Part shown: piece after piece, positions 29,928 to 38,766 of the stretch
How positions within the stretch are numbered: position 1 is the stretch's first letter
Layout: each line of letters starts with the position of its first letter
From: an uncultured Opitutaceae bacterium
GTDB lineage: Bacteria > Verrucomicrobiota > Verrucomicrobiia > Opitutales > Opitutaceae
Length of the DNA: 64,000 bases
NCBI GenBank assembly: GCA_963974355.1
Contig: CAXBDS010000003.1
Span: 8,299-72,298 of the forward strand
Direction of reading: 5' to 3'
The notes under the pieces: generated by a model
Told to the model about the DNA's origin: nothing
Databases searched by the model: none
Seen by the model: the letters and a program-made list of their open reading frames with translations, nothing else
Made by a program: the position numbers and the translations under genes

Positions 29928-31430
29928 TTAGTGACGTAGGGAGCGAAGATGCTTCCAACCTCCGGCCAGCGTCGCCGCGCCGACCAACGCACCGCGCCAA
30001 GCCAAATCCGGCAAGCCGGCAGTGGAATCAATCGGCGCAAACCAAAGCAACGCGCCAAGTAAAAGAGCCGCGGGCACAGCGGCGAAAAATCCCGGAAGAT
30101 AAGCTTCCCTCAGAAGCGCGGACAACGGTCGCTCCGTAAACCGAGCCGTCAGCGGAAGTATCCAAAATACCCCGACAAGAACGGTCGGCACAAAGGTGCC
30201 GGCCGCCACCCCGGCCACGCCAAAATGACGAACCAGTAAAAAGCTGAGCGCCAGATTGGCGCAGGCGTCGACCACGCTCGCGCGGAGCAGCGGTTTCTCC
30301 CAACCGCACATCATGAGCACCCGTTTCGAACAACTGCTGGTCAGCAACGACGACAGCGTGGCCCCGATGAGCAGCCAACCGGTTTGCCGGATCGCGGGTC
30401 CGATGGTTTCCAGTCCAGTCAACAACCGCACCAAGGGTTCAAGATAGGCCGCGCATAACAGGCCCAAGGGAACCACGAGCGCGGTGGTCATCCGGGTGCT
30501 TGCGGTGAGCAAATGCAAGAGGGCCGCCCGGTCGCCCCGCGCGTGCAATTGGGCGGCCGCCGGGGTGAGCGCGTCCTGCAGTTGCACCGCAAAGAGGCCA
30601 TACATTTCCGCCGCCTTGTAGCCCGCTTGGTAAACTGCGACGAAGGCGACGCCGATCATCACACTGATCACCGCCTGATCGGTGCGCGACATGATGAGGT
30701 TGGTGAATGTGATCGTGTAAGCCACGAGTGAAAACCCCAGCACCCCCTTGATACTGGCGGGGTGAAAGTGTTGCGGAAAAAGACTCAGTCCCGGTGCCCG
30801 CTGAAATACCAGCAGCGCCGCCGTCGCATTCGGCAAAACTGCCGTCGCTACGCTGATGAGCATTACGGCCGGAAATGACCAGCCGTGGAGGAGGGCGTAA
30901 GTCAGCAGGGCCAAATTGATCGCGAGGCCACCGATCAGCAGCCAGTTGACGAGATCGATCCGCTGCAGTCCCCGCAGCATTTCGGGAAACAAACCAGCGG
31001 GCAATCCGGCGGAGAGAAATACAAAAAATACCAAGTAGGCTCGACTGAAGTCGGCGCGGTGCTCGGCAGGCACTTTGACGGCGTCAAGGAAGACGCCGCG
31101 CATCGCCAGCGCCACGACCAAGAGCAACACGCCCGCAGCGCAGAACGACCAAAATACCGTGGCAACCAGCCGACTCGCTTCGGCAAAACGACCGTGAGCG
31201 GACGCTTCGGCGACGGCTTTTTGCACCGTGAAGCCCAGTCCAAAATCGAGCAGCACGGTAAATCCGAACAGAGACCAGAGCAGCGAATAGAAGCCGAACG
31301 CGGCCGGTTCCAGATATTGATAGGTGAGCCGAAACAGCACGATCCCACCGCCCAAACGTAGGAGCACCCGCAAATAGTTAGTGGAGGTGTTGATCCAATA
31401 ACGCTTCTGCCAAGTGTCAGGCGCGGCCAT
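29928..31430 (-). CDS. Wzx-type oligosaccharide flippase
   Basis: Many TM segments with LLDFGLG, GLQRID, TDQAVIS and YQAGYK patterns, within a GT cluster. Confidence 0.85.
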   Translation of the reverse strand: MAAPDTWQKRYWINTSTNYLRVLLRLGGGIVLFRLTYQYLEPAAFGFYSLLWSLFGFTVLLDFGLGFTVQKAVAEASAHGRFAEASRLVATVFWSFCAAGVLLLVVALAMRGVFLDAVKVPAEHRADFSRAYLVFFVFLSAGLPAGLFPEMLRGLQRIDLVNWLLIGGLAINLALLTYALLHGWSFPAVMLISVATAVLPNATAALLVFQRAPGLSLFPQHFHPASIKGVLGFSLVAYTITFTNLIMSRTDQAVISVMIGVAFVAVYQAGYKAAEMYGLFAVQLQDALTPAAAQLHARGDRAALLHLLTASTRMTTALVVPLGLLCAAYLEPLVRLLTGLETIGPAIRQTGWLLIGATLSSLLTSSCSKRVLMMCGWEKPLLRASVVDACANLALSFLLVRHFGVAGVAAGTFVPTVLVGVFWILPLTARFTERPLSALLREAYLPGFFAAVPAALLLGALLWFAPIDSTAGLPDLAWRGALVGAATLAGGWKHLRSLRH

Positions 31431-32676
31431 GATGTTGAACCGTTTCGGTCAGATAGGTTTCGATTTGCCCGGTGATGGCCGCAAGGTCGTAGCGCTCTCG
31501 AACCTCCCTCAAGCCGGTCGCGGCCATTCGATTTCGCAGCTCCGGATCTTCGTCGATTCGAGCAATGGCGGCGGCGCATGCGACGTCATCGCCCGCCGGA
31601 TACACCAGCCCGTTCTCGCCGTTGCGAAACAGCTCGCGACTGCCGCCGCTCGGCGTGCCTACCACCGGCAACCCGGCGGACATTCCTTCCAACGGCGTTA
31701 ACGCAAACGGTTCCTCCCAGGCCGATGTGAAAACGAGCGCATCGTGGCGGGCATAGATTTCCGGCATCTCGGTCGAAGGCGCGCTGGTAAAGGTGACTGC
31801 GGAGGTGAGGCCGAGTTTATTAATCTCCGCCGTCAATGTCGCGACATAGTCATCGGGGCCACGGCCGTAGAGTGTCAGTGACAAGTGACGGCGGCCTTCG
31901 CCATGCAGGCGACCCAAAGCTCGAATCGCCGTCAACGGGTCTTTGTCGGGATCAAGGCGTCCCACGAAAAGAAGCTTCTCGAATCGATCCGAACCCGGGC
32001 GAGTCGTGTAGAGTTGCGTTTCAACGCCGCAATAGATCACGGCGGCATGATCGACCGCCCACCCCTTGGAGAACGTGATTTCCCGCAGCGCAGCGCTGCA
32101 AAAATAAATGCGATCAAACACAATCTCCCGCCAAGGCGCAAAGGGCGCCCGCCGGCGAATGCGTTCCGCCAAACCGGTTGCGCGCAAGACGGTGCGGAGC
32201 AGCCGGGCCCCCGAACCGCCGGTATCGCCGTTCCACCAACGCAGCCATACGTCGGCGCGCAGGCTCCGCGCAATCCAGTGGTCGGAGACGTCGAAAACGA
32301 CCGGGCCGCTCCACTGCCGAAGCGTCAGTATCAGGCTTTTGGATATTCCACCGAGATTCCAGACGTGCACCACATCCGGCGCAAACGCGGCGATCTCCTC
32401 CCGCAGAACCGTGTGATTGTGGCGTTCGAGCTGATAAAGCCGATGCACCGGCAGCCACGGATGCCCGAAAAAGCCATGCACACTCAGGCGCCGGGCGACA
32501 TGAGGGGGATCGGCCGGCAGACTGGACGGGCCAGTGGATTTCACGCGGTGGTTCGATGTGAGCACGCGAACCTCTTGGCCTCGCCCGCAAAGGCCATCCA
32601 CAACGCGGCGACAGCGCTCCTCGTAACCACCGATGGCGTGGGGCGGGTAAAGATTCGTGATGACAAGTATTTTCAT
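31417..32676 (-). CDS. GT4 glycosyltransferase
   Basis: MKILVITNLYPP...GG, FVGRL, and EPFALTPLEGM (EX7E) motifs. Confidence 0.92.
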   Translation of the reverse strand: MKILVITNLYPPHAIGGYEERCRRVVDGLCGRGQEVRVLTSNHRVKSTGPSSLPADPPHVARRLSVHGFFGHPWLPVHRLYQLERHNHTVLREEIAAFAPDVVHVWNLGGISKSLILTLRQWSGPVVFDVSDHWIARSLRADVWLRWWNGDTGGSGARLLRTVLRATGLAERIRRRAPFAPWREIVFDRIYFCSAALREITFSKGWAVDHAAVIYCGVETQLYTTRPGSDRFEKLLFVGRLDPDKDPLTAIRALGRLHGEGRRHLSLTLYGRGPDDYVATLTAEINKLGLTSAVTFTSAPSTEMPEIYARHDALVFTSAWEEPFALTPLEGMSAGLPVVGTPSGGSRELFRNGENGLVYPAGDDVACAAAIARIDEDPELRNRMAATGLREVRERYDLAAITGQIETYLTETVQHHGRA

Positions 32677-32691
32677 GGGATAGGGGGCGCG

Positions 32692-33558
32692 TCAGCCGCG
32701 GCCGAAGTGTTTCCAACCAGCGCGATAGCCGTCACGTTTACCAAGGCGTTGGGCCAGGCGCACCAGCGCGGCCCGGGGCCATTCGGCGCGACGACCTTGC
32801 GCCGCACACCACTGCCAGTCCTTGAGCGCATCTTTCGCGGTGCCGAGGGCGACAGTGTAGTGATAGTTGTAGTTGCGCGCCGGAGTGGGACTGGTCGCCG
32901 CAAGCGCGAAAGAGTCGCCGTAACACCGTCGGTAGGACTGGCGCGCGGTGTAGTTGTGTGAATGGATGGCGCGAGATTCCTCGGCGTAAGGCACAGCCCA
33001 TCCGGCGGCGACTAGCCGGCGGGACCACTCGTCGTCTTCGGCATAGGTAAGGTCGTCGCGAAAAGGAATCGTTTCCCACGCCGGACGATACACCAAACTG
33101 GAGACCATACTGAAAAAGTGCCCCCAGTTGACGGATTCACGCTCCGGACCGAAGCACCGGTCGTAGTCGTGAGCGAAGATCGCGTAACAGTCGGAGCGCG
33201 GCAGTTGCCGGGAAAACGCGGCGCCAGTCTTGGGTTGGGCAGTGCCGGCGGCGAGCAAGTTGCTTAACCATTGGTCATCGGCCGGGGTCGCGTCGGCGTT
33301 CAGGAAAACGACCCAGTCACCGGAGGTTTCACGCATCCCTTGATTCAACACGGCGCCAGCCACGTAACGGTCGATCGAGATCAAGCGTTCCACTTGGAGG
33401 GTGCGAAACAGCTCGACCGAGCCATCCGTCGAACCGGAGTCGATCACCGTCACCCGGGGCTTCCACGGTCCCTGTTGCCGACGGACCCCCTCGATGGTCG
33501 CTTGGGCATAGTGACCTTCGTTTTTAGAACGCATCACTATGTCGATGACGTTACTCAT
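32692..33558 (-). CDS. GT2 glycosyltransferase
   Basis: IVMRSKNE, VIDSGSTDG, FLNAD and AEDDEW motifs; ATG 33558 avoids overlap with the divergent gene. Confidence 0.88.
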   Translation of the reverse strand: MSNVIDIVMRSKNEGHYAQATIEGVRRQQGPWKPRVTVIDSGSTDGSVELFRTLQVERLISIDRYVAGAVLNQGMRETSGDWVVFLNADATPADDQWLSNLLAAGTAQPKTGAAFSRQLPRSDCYAIFAHDYDRCFGPERESVNWGHFFSMVSSLVYRPAWETIPFRDDLTYAEDDEWSRRLVAAGWAVPYAEESRAIHSHNYTARQSYRRCYGDSFALAATSPTPARNYNYHYTVALGTAKDALKDWQWCAAQGRRAEWPRAALVRLAQRLGKRDGYRAGWKHFGRG

Positions 33559-33584
33559 TTGCGCTTTAGCATCGTCATCAAACC

Positions 33585-33599
33585 GCAAATTTGAAACCA
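33585..33599 (-). promoter_or_regulatory. Candidate sigma54 (-24/-12) promoter for the GT2-GT4-flippase-H-NOX operon
   Basis: Minus strand TGG-TTTCAAAT-TTGC has exact GG-N10-GC spacing 27 nt upstream of the GT2 start, but lacks the CAC of the consensus -24 box. Confidence 0.4.
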
Positions 33600-33606
33600 A
33601 ATCGGC

Positions 33607-35247
33607 ATGGAAAGTGAGCGTTTTGTTCATGTTGTCGGCCATCAATGCCCCGATACCGACTCGGTGGTTTCTGCGGTGGTCGCGGCGCGACTCTTCAACA
33701 AAACGGATTCAGGAGCGCTTTATGAGGCTCTGATGCAAGGCGTGGCCAATTCTCAGACCGTGTGGCTGTTCGAACAAGCGGGCGTCCCGTTGCCACGCAT
33801 CCGGGCAGACGTGCGTCCCACCGTCGCCGAGGCCTGCTTGCCACCGCTTTCCGTCACGCCGGATCGACCGATGGGGGAGGCGCTCGATCTTCTTCATGAA
33901 CACGCGTTCAGTCTCGTTCCGGTCGCATCGGAGGAGGGGCGGTTTCTGGGCGCGGTTGGATTTTCGCTCCCGGAAGCACGCTACCTGACGCACTTCAACA
34001 TGGAGGATTTCCTCGGCTCTTTGGTGACGATCGAGGAGTTGGCTCGCGGCCTCGACTTGGTGGCAATGAATCCGGCCGCCACCACTTATCGTGATCCGGC
34101 GGAGTCCTCCCCCGCCGCATTCCGACTTTATCCTGGCGGAGGTCAGGTTAACGCCGGCGACCTGATCCTAACCGGTGCCAACGCCGCCGCAGTCACGTTT
34201 GCCGCCGAGGCCGGAGCATCTGCAGTCGTGTTCGCTGATTGTGCGGAGGCCGAGGTGCGGCGTTGGAGCCAAGGCGTCACCGTCCCCATCTATCGTTTCG
34301 CGGGATCGTTGATGGCGCTGGTCAATCAGCTGCCTCGCGCCATTCCGGTCGGCCGTTTGATGAGCCCATCCGTGCCGACCGTGCAGACGGAAGACGTCCT
34401 CGAAGATTTACGGCCGATTTTCGCCCGCACCGCCCATGCGTTGCCGGTTTTGGATGGAAACGGGCATTTATGCGGCATGATTTCGCGGCGAGAAGCACTG
34501 CAGCCGCCTCGACGTGGACTCGTGCTCGTCGATCACTTTGAACGCACCCAAACCGTCCGGGGCTGGGAAAATACCGAGATCCTGCAAATCATCGACCACC
34601 ACCGCGTGGGCGGATTGGAAACCGTCGAGCCTGCCCGTGTCGATTGCCGGCCCCTGGGCAGCACGGCCAGCATCTTGGCATTGCGCTACATCGAAGCCGG
34701 CATCGAGCCCGACGAAGCCGAGGCCACCTTGCTCTTGGGCGCATTGGTGGCCGACACCCTGTTGCTCACTTCACCCACGACCACCGCGAAAGATCGCGAG
34801 ATTGCCCGGCAACTCACGAAACTCAGCGGACTGGATCTGCCCACTTTCGGGCGGGAGGTGTTGGCTCGTAACGACGGCTTGGCCACGGACTCGGCCAGCG
34901 CGTTGGTCACGCGCGACCTCAAGGCATTTTCGCATGGCGAGGTCAGTTTCCTTCTCGGGCAAATCGAGACCGTGGACCTGTCGCTCCTCGACGCCTCCCG
35001 GGCCCGTGACTTGCGTAAGGCGCTGGACGAGGCACGCGGTCGGGCGGGTGCGGCCTTCGCCGTGACCATGGTGACGGATGTGCTGCGCGGCGTCAGCGCC
35101 TTCTTAATGGCCGATGCCGATCAAAGGCGAATGCTGCATCTTTTCGAGAATGCCGACCCATTGAATAACGTCGAATACGAGATGGTCTCACGAAAGAAAC
35201 AGCTGGTGCCCTTGGTGATGGCGCGGTTGGCCACCTATAAATCATGA
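33607..35247 (+). CDS. Family II Mn-dependent inorganic pyrophosphatase with CBS-DRTGG-CBS insert
   Basis: GHQCPDTDS, LVDH, IIDHH, DLKAF and SRKKQLVP motifs, with a central CBS/DRTGG-like region. Confidence 0.88.
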   Translation: MESERFVHVVGHQCPDTDSVVSAVVAARLFNKTDSGALYEALMQGVANSQTVWLFEQAGVPLPRIRADVRPTVAEACLPPLSVTPDRPMGEALDLLHEHAFSLVPVASEEGRFLGAVGFSLPEARYLTHFNMEDFLGSLVTIEELARGLDLVAMNPAATTYRDPAESSPAAFRLYPGGGQVNAGDLILTGANAAAVTFAAEAGASAVVFADCAEAEVRRWSQGVTVPIYRFAGSLMALVNQLPRAIPVGRLMSPSVPTVQTEDVLEDLRPIFARTAHALPVLDGNGHLCGMISRREALQPPRRGLVLVDHFERTQTVRGWENTEILQIIDHHRVGGLETVEPARVDCRPLGSTASILALRYIEAGIEPDEAEATLLLGALVADTLLLTSPTTTAKDREIARQLTKLSGLDLPTFGREVLARNDGLATDSASALVTRDLKAFSHGEVSFLLGQIETVDLSLLDASRARDLRKALDEARGRAGAAFAVTMVTDVLRGVSAFLMADADQRRMLHLFENADPLNNVEYEMVSRKKQLVPLVMARLATYKS

Positions 35248-36493
35248 CGAAAAATCGCCGAATCCTGCATGTGCCACGTCGTTTTGTAGAACACGAGTGG
35301 GGCGGCACCGAGTCCGTGCTTGCCAACCTGCTGGCCGCGCAACGGCGCCTTGGGTTCGAGCCGGAAATCCATACCTCGCTCGCACTCAGCACGGTGCGAC
35401 GGGAAACCTGGCGCGAGATCGAAGTCAGACGCTATCCCTACGTGTATCCGTTTCTTGGACTTTCGGCGGAGCAGAAGGCGGCGATGGACAAGAAAGGGGG
35501 TAACCTCCTGTCATGGTCCTTGCTGTGGGGCCTTTGGCGCCGGAAACACGTTCGCCTCCTGCACGCTCACGTGCTGAAGCGCCCCGGCGGGGTGGTGCGC
35601 ACGGCGGCGCGCCTTCGGAAACTGCCTTATGTCGTAACCCTTCACGGCGGTATCTTTGATGTGCCGACGGCGGAAATGGCTTCGTTGACGGAAGCCCAAG
35701 CGGGCAAATTTGAGTGGGGCCGTATTGCCGGCGCCTTGCTCGGATCTCGTCGCGTGTTGGAAGACGCCGGGGCGGTGATCTGTGTGGGAAGAAATGAAGC
35801 CGAAAAAGCCCGCGCCAGCCTGGGCCATGATCGGGTTCATCACATCGGCAACGGGGTCGATTGTGCATTCTTTTCCCAAGGCGACGGTGCAGTCTTTAGG
35901 GCACGCCACGAGCTACCACAGAACGCGCGGATCGTTTTGTGTGTCAGTCGCTTTGATCCGCAAAAGGACCAAATGCTGTTGATTCACGCGTTTGACGCCG
36001 TCGCAGACCGCCAACCCGACGTGCACCTCGTGCTCGCGGGGCCGGCGACCCTGGTTGACTACGTTGCTAAAATCGACGCGCGCATCGCAGCCATGCCTCA
36101 AGGATTCGCCGCCTGGGCTCCCTCGCCCCGGGGTCGGTTGAACTGGCCGGCGCGTTCCAAGCGGCGGACATCTTCATGATCGGCTCCCGCCACGAGCCTT
36201 TCGGGATTGTCGTGCTGGAAGCCTGGAGCGCGGGACTCGGCGTAGTGGCGAGCACGGCGGGCGGCTTGGCCGATCTCGTGCGCGGCCAGGAGACGGGCTT
36301 CACATTCCCCCCGGGGGATCAGGTCGCGGCCGCTGCGGCGCTGAACGCGGCGTTGGACAATCGCGAACTGACCCAACGGTGTGCCGCGGCGGGACGCGCG
36401 CGTGCGATCAAAGAATTTTCATGGGAGCGAATCGCGGAGCAGACGGAACACGCCTACCAAGCCGCCGAGACGTGGAATGCCGGCAATGCCTAG
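35244..36493 (+). pseudogene. GT4 glycosyltransferase interrupted by a frameshift near 36085-36095
   Basis: The 35244 frame drifts into non-GT sequence after KIDARIAA. The shifted frame reads RIRRLGSLAPGSVELAGAFQAADIFMIGSRHEPFGIVVLEAW (EX7E) to a stop at 36493. Could be a sequencing error. Confidence 0.8.
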
Positions 36494-36583
36494 CGCGAAC
36501 GCGAACGGAGGCATGATCGGAGGGGCGCACGAACCGATCACGCCGCCCCCCGGTCGTCCGCTTGTGGCTGCGGAGGACCGCGC

Positions 36584-37924
36584 ATGATGGATGTAATCAA
36601 ATTTATGATACTGTTCGGCCTCCATGCCGTGGCCGCGCCGGTCGTGGGTGTATGGATGTCCGGGCACCGGAAGCGCCAGCGGTGGGGTCTTGCCGTGTTG
36701 GTATTCATGACATCGTGGCACATCAACAAGCTCACGTTGATGGTTAATTCGGTCGAAATGTATCGCGGCCACACGAAGGGATTCGAGGGCAGCTTGCTTA
36801 CGGTGGTCGCGCTGGCGTTGCTGGTGGCCCGGTGGTGGGAAAAGACGGCCGACTTCCGCTGGCTGCCCAGCTGCGTGGTGTTCTGGCTGCTTTATTGCGC
36901 CGCTTCGACGTTGTCGATTTTCGCCGCGCCCAACGCGACCTATGTTTTGATGTCAGCATGGAAATTCACCTCGGTCGCCGTCATCCTCGCCGCAGGCTGG
37001 AACTGCGTGCGAAACGATGAGGATCTCCAATGGTTGGCGCGAGGAACCGCGGCCACGCTCGCGATCCAAGCTGCGGTCGTGATGAAAATGAGATATGTTG
37101 ACGGCTTTTACCAAGTGCGCGGCTGGTTCGAGCACCAGAACCCGCTCGCGATGTGGGCTTACATGCTGGGACTGCCCCTGCTCGCCCTGGCCATGAGCCC
37201 GGTTTCGGCGCGCGACACGCGCTGGTATGCGGTGGGGTTCTTCGGCGCGGCATTGGCGGTTTACGGATCATTGTCGAGAGCCGCGCTCGCGATGTTCGCC
37301 GCCGGCACCGTTGCGGTCGCCGGTTGGAGTTTGGTCTTGGATAAATTCACTGGTAAACGACTGCGTGTGATCGGAGCGATGGCAGGCATGGGATTGCTCG
37401 GACTTCCCTTGGTGGTCGATACCGTCATCGCTCGATTCAACGATGAAGGCAACGCGGCCAGCGGCGAGACCCGCGACGTGATGAACCTCGCGTCGAAGGC
37501 CATGTTGGACGATTCGTTCGTCGGAATCGGTTGGAACAATTTCGCCCTCACCATCAACGCCCCATGGACCTACGGTGATGTGATCAATGACTGGGAACGC
37601 GACCGCGGCCATAAGGTCGACGAGGACTACGCCAAGGGGGTGGTGGAAAGCCACTATTGGCTGCTGCTGGCGGAGAATGGCTGGCCGGGGTTCATCACCT
37701 ACATGTGGTTTCTGATCGCCGCCCAGTTTAGCCTGCTAATCGGTTGGTGGCGTCACCGAGGAACGCCGCGCGGCGCATTCATGCTGGGGCTGCTTGTGGC
37801 GTTGACCCTGATTTACGTGCACAGCAATCTTGAACGCGTGTTGACGCAGACAAAGAACCTCGCGGCTTACATGTTGATTCTTGGAGCGGGGATTCGGCTC
37901 GCGCGAAGAACCTCTGCCGCCTGA
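36584..37924 (+). CDS. O-antigen ligase / Wzy polymerase family membrane protein
   Basis: Multi-TM protein with HQNPL, LSRAAL and a large loop GIGWNNF...YWLLLAENGWPG. Confidence 0.75.
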   Translation: MMDVIKFMILFGLHAVAAPVVGVWMSGHRKRQRWGLAVLVFMTSWHINKLTLMVNSVEMYRGHTKGFEGSLLTVVALALLVARWWEKTADFRWLPSCVVFWLLYCAASTLSIFAAPNATYVLMSAWKFTSVAVILAAGWNCVRNDEDLQWLARGTAATLAIQAAVVMKMRYVDGFYQVRGWFEHQNPLAMWAYMLGLPLLALAMSPVSARDTRWYAVGFFGAALAVYGSLSRAALAMFAAGTVAVAGWSLVLDKFTGKRLRVIGAMAGMGLLGLPLVVDTVIARFNDEGNAASGETRDVMNLASKAMLDDSFVGIGWNNFALTINAPWTYGDVINDWERDRGHKVDEDYAKGVVESHYWLLLAENGWPGFITYMWFLIAAQFSLLIGWWRHRGTPRGAFMLGLLVALTLIYVHSNLERVLTQTKNLAAYMLILGAGIRLARRTSAA

Positions 37925-37955
37925 TTCCCTTTTGCGACTTAGCCCCCAAAAAAAG

Positions 37956-38324
37956 ATGCCCGATCACGATCAAAATCAGACCGTAAACTGGGTTCAATTG
38001 AGCGAGTTGATCGGAGACGAAGACGATCAGTCCCAACGTGAGCTGCTCGGCGAAATGTGGCGCGACATGGTTAAGGATGTTCACGCTGGCTGGAATCAGG
38101 TTGACTCGCAGGCCGACCCTCAGGAGCTGAAACGCGACCTACATCGAATTCGCGGCCTAATCTCGATGTGGGGGGTCGACGCGCTGGCCCAAATACTCCT
38201 GGCCATCGAGCATGATCCCGATCCTGTAAATGCGTCGGCCCGCCAAGCGGCAAACATCGGCACGCTTTGGGCCGAGACTCGCGGAGGCATCGAACAGCGA
38301 TACCCATGGTTGGCGGCGATGTGA
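37956..38324 (+). CDS. Stand-alone Hpt phosphotransfer protein
   Basis: About 120 aa, helical, with LKRDLHRIRGLISMWG matching the Hpt H-x-x-K/R-G motif. Confidence 0.72.
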   Translation: MPDHDQNQTVNWVQLSELIGDEDDQSQRELLGEMWRDMVKDVHAGWNQVDSQADPQELKRDLHRIRGLISMWGVDALAQILLAIEHDPDPVNASARQAANIGTLWAETRGGIEQRYPWLAAM

Positions 38325-38334
38325 AAGGCGCAGT

Positions 38335-38751
38335 ATGAGCAACACGGTTGCCGATACTCGCCGGCCCGGTCGGCGCTTGCTGGTCGGCGTAGTTGGGGTG
38401 ATTATTCTGCTCGCCTTCGAGACGTGGGGAATCGCCCGCAACGCGAACCGGGTGCGGGCCGTGGTCTACAACGACGGCCCCGGCGCCTTGGCCGAAGTGA
38501 CGGTCGCATGCGGGGACGACTCCCGGCTGATCGGCGATTTCCCGGAGGAGTCGAGTCATTACCTGTGGTTTCAACCGGAGGATCGGTCCGCCATGATCGC
38601 AGTCGCGTGGTTTGGCGCCCAAGAAGCCCACCGGGATTTTTGGCGAGTAGAAAAAGGAGAACGACTCACGGTGCGGATCGGGGCAGGCGGCGAAACCACG
38701 GTGACACGCGAACGGTCGATCGGTCGTCGTTTGGTGGACGCCCTGAACTGA
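38335..38751 (+). CDS. Hypothetical membrane-anchored protein
   Basis: N-terminal TM helix then a beta-rich domain; sits tightly between the Hpt and kinase genes. Confidence 0.6.
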   Translation: MSNTVADTRRPGRRLLVGVVGVIILLAFETWGIARNANRVRAVVYNDGPGALAEVTVACGDDSRLIGDFPEESSHYLWFQPEDRSAMIAVAWFGAQEAHRDFWRVEKGERLTVRIGAGGETTVTRERSIGRRLVDALN

Positions 38752-38766
38752 TTGCGCCGAAACTCA

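Noticed and set aside
36491-36583. In-frame TAG readthrough fusing the GT4 C-terminal half to the ligase/polymerase
   Set aside because: The frame is open, but the linker is low-information and the GT4 ends at a normal position; no recoding signal was seen.
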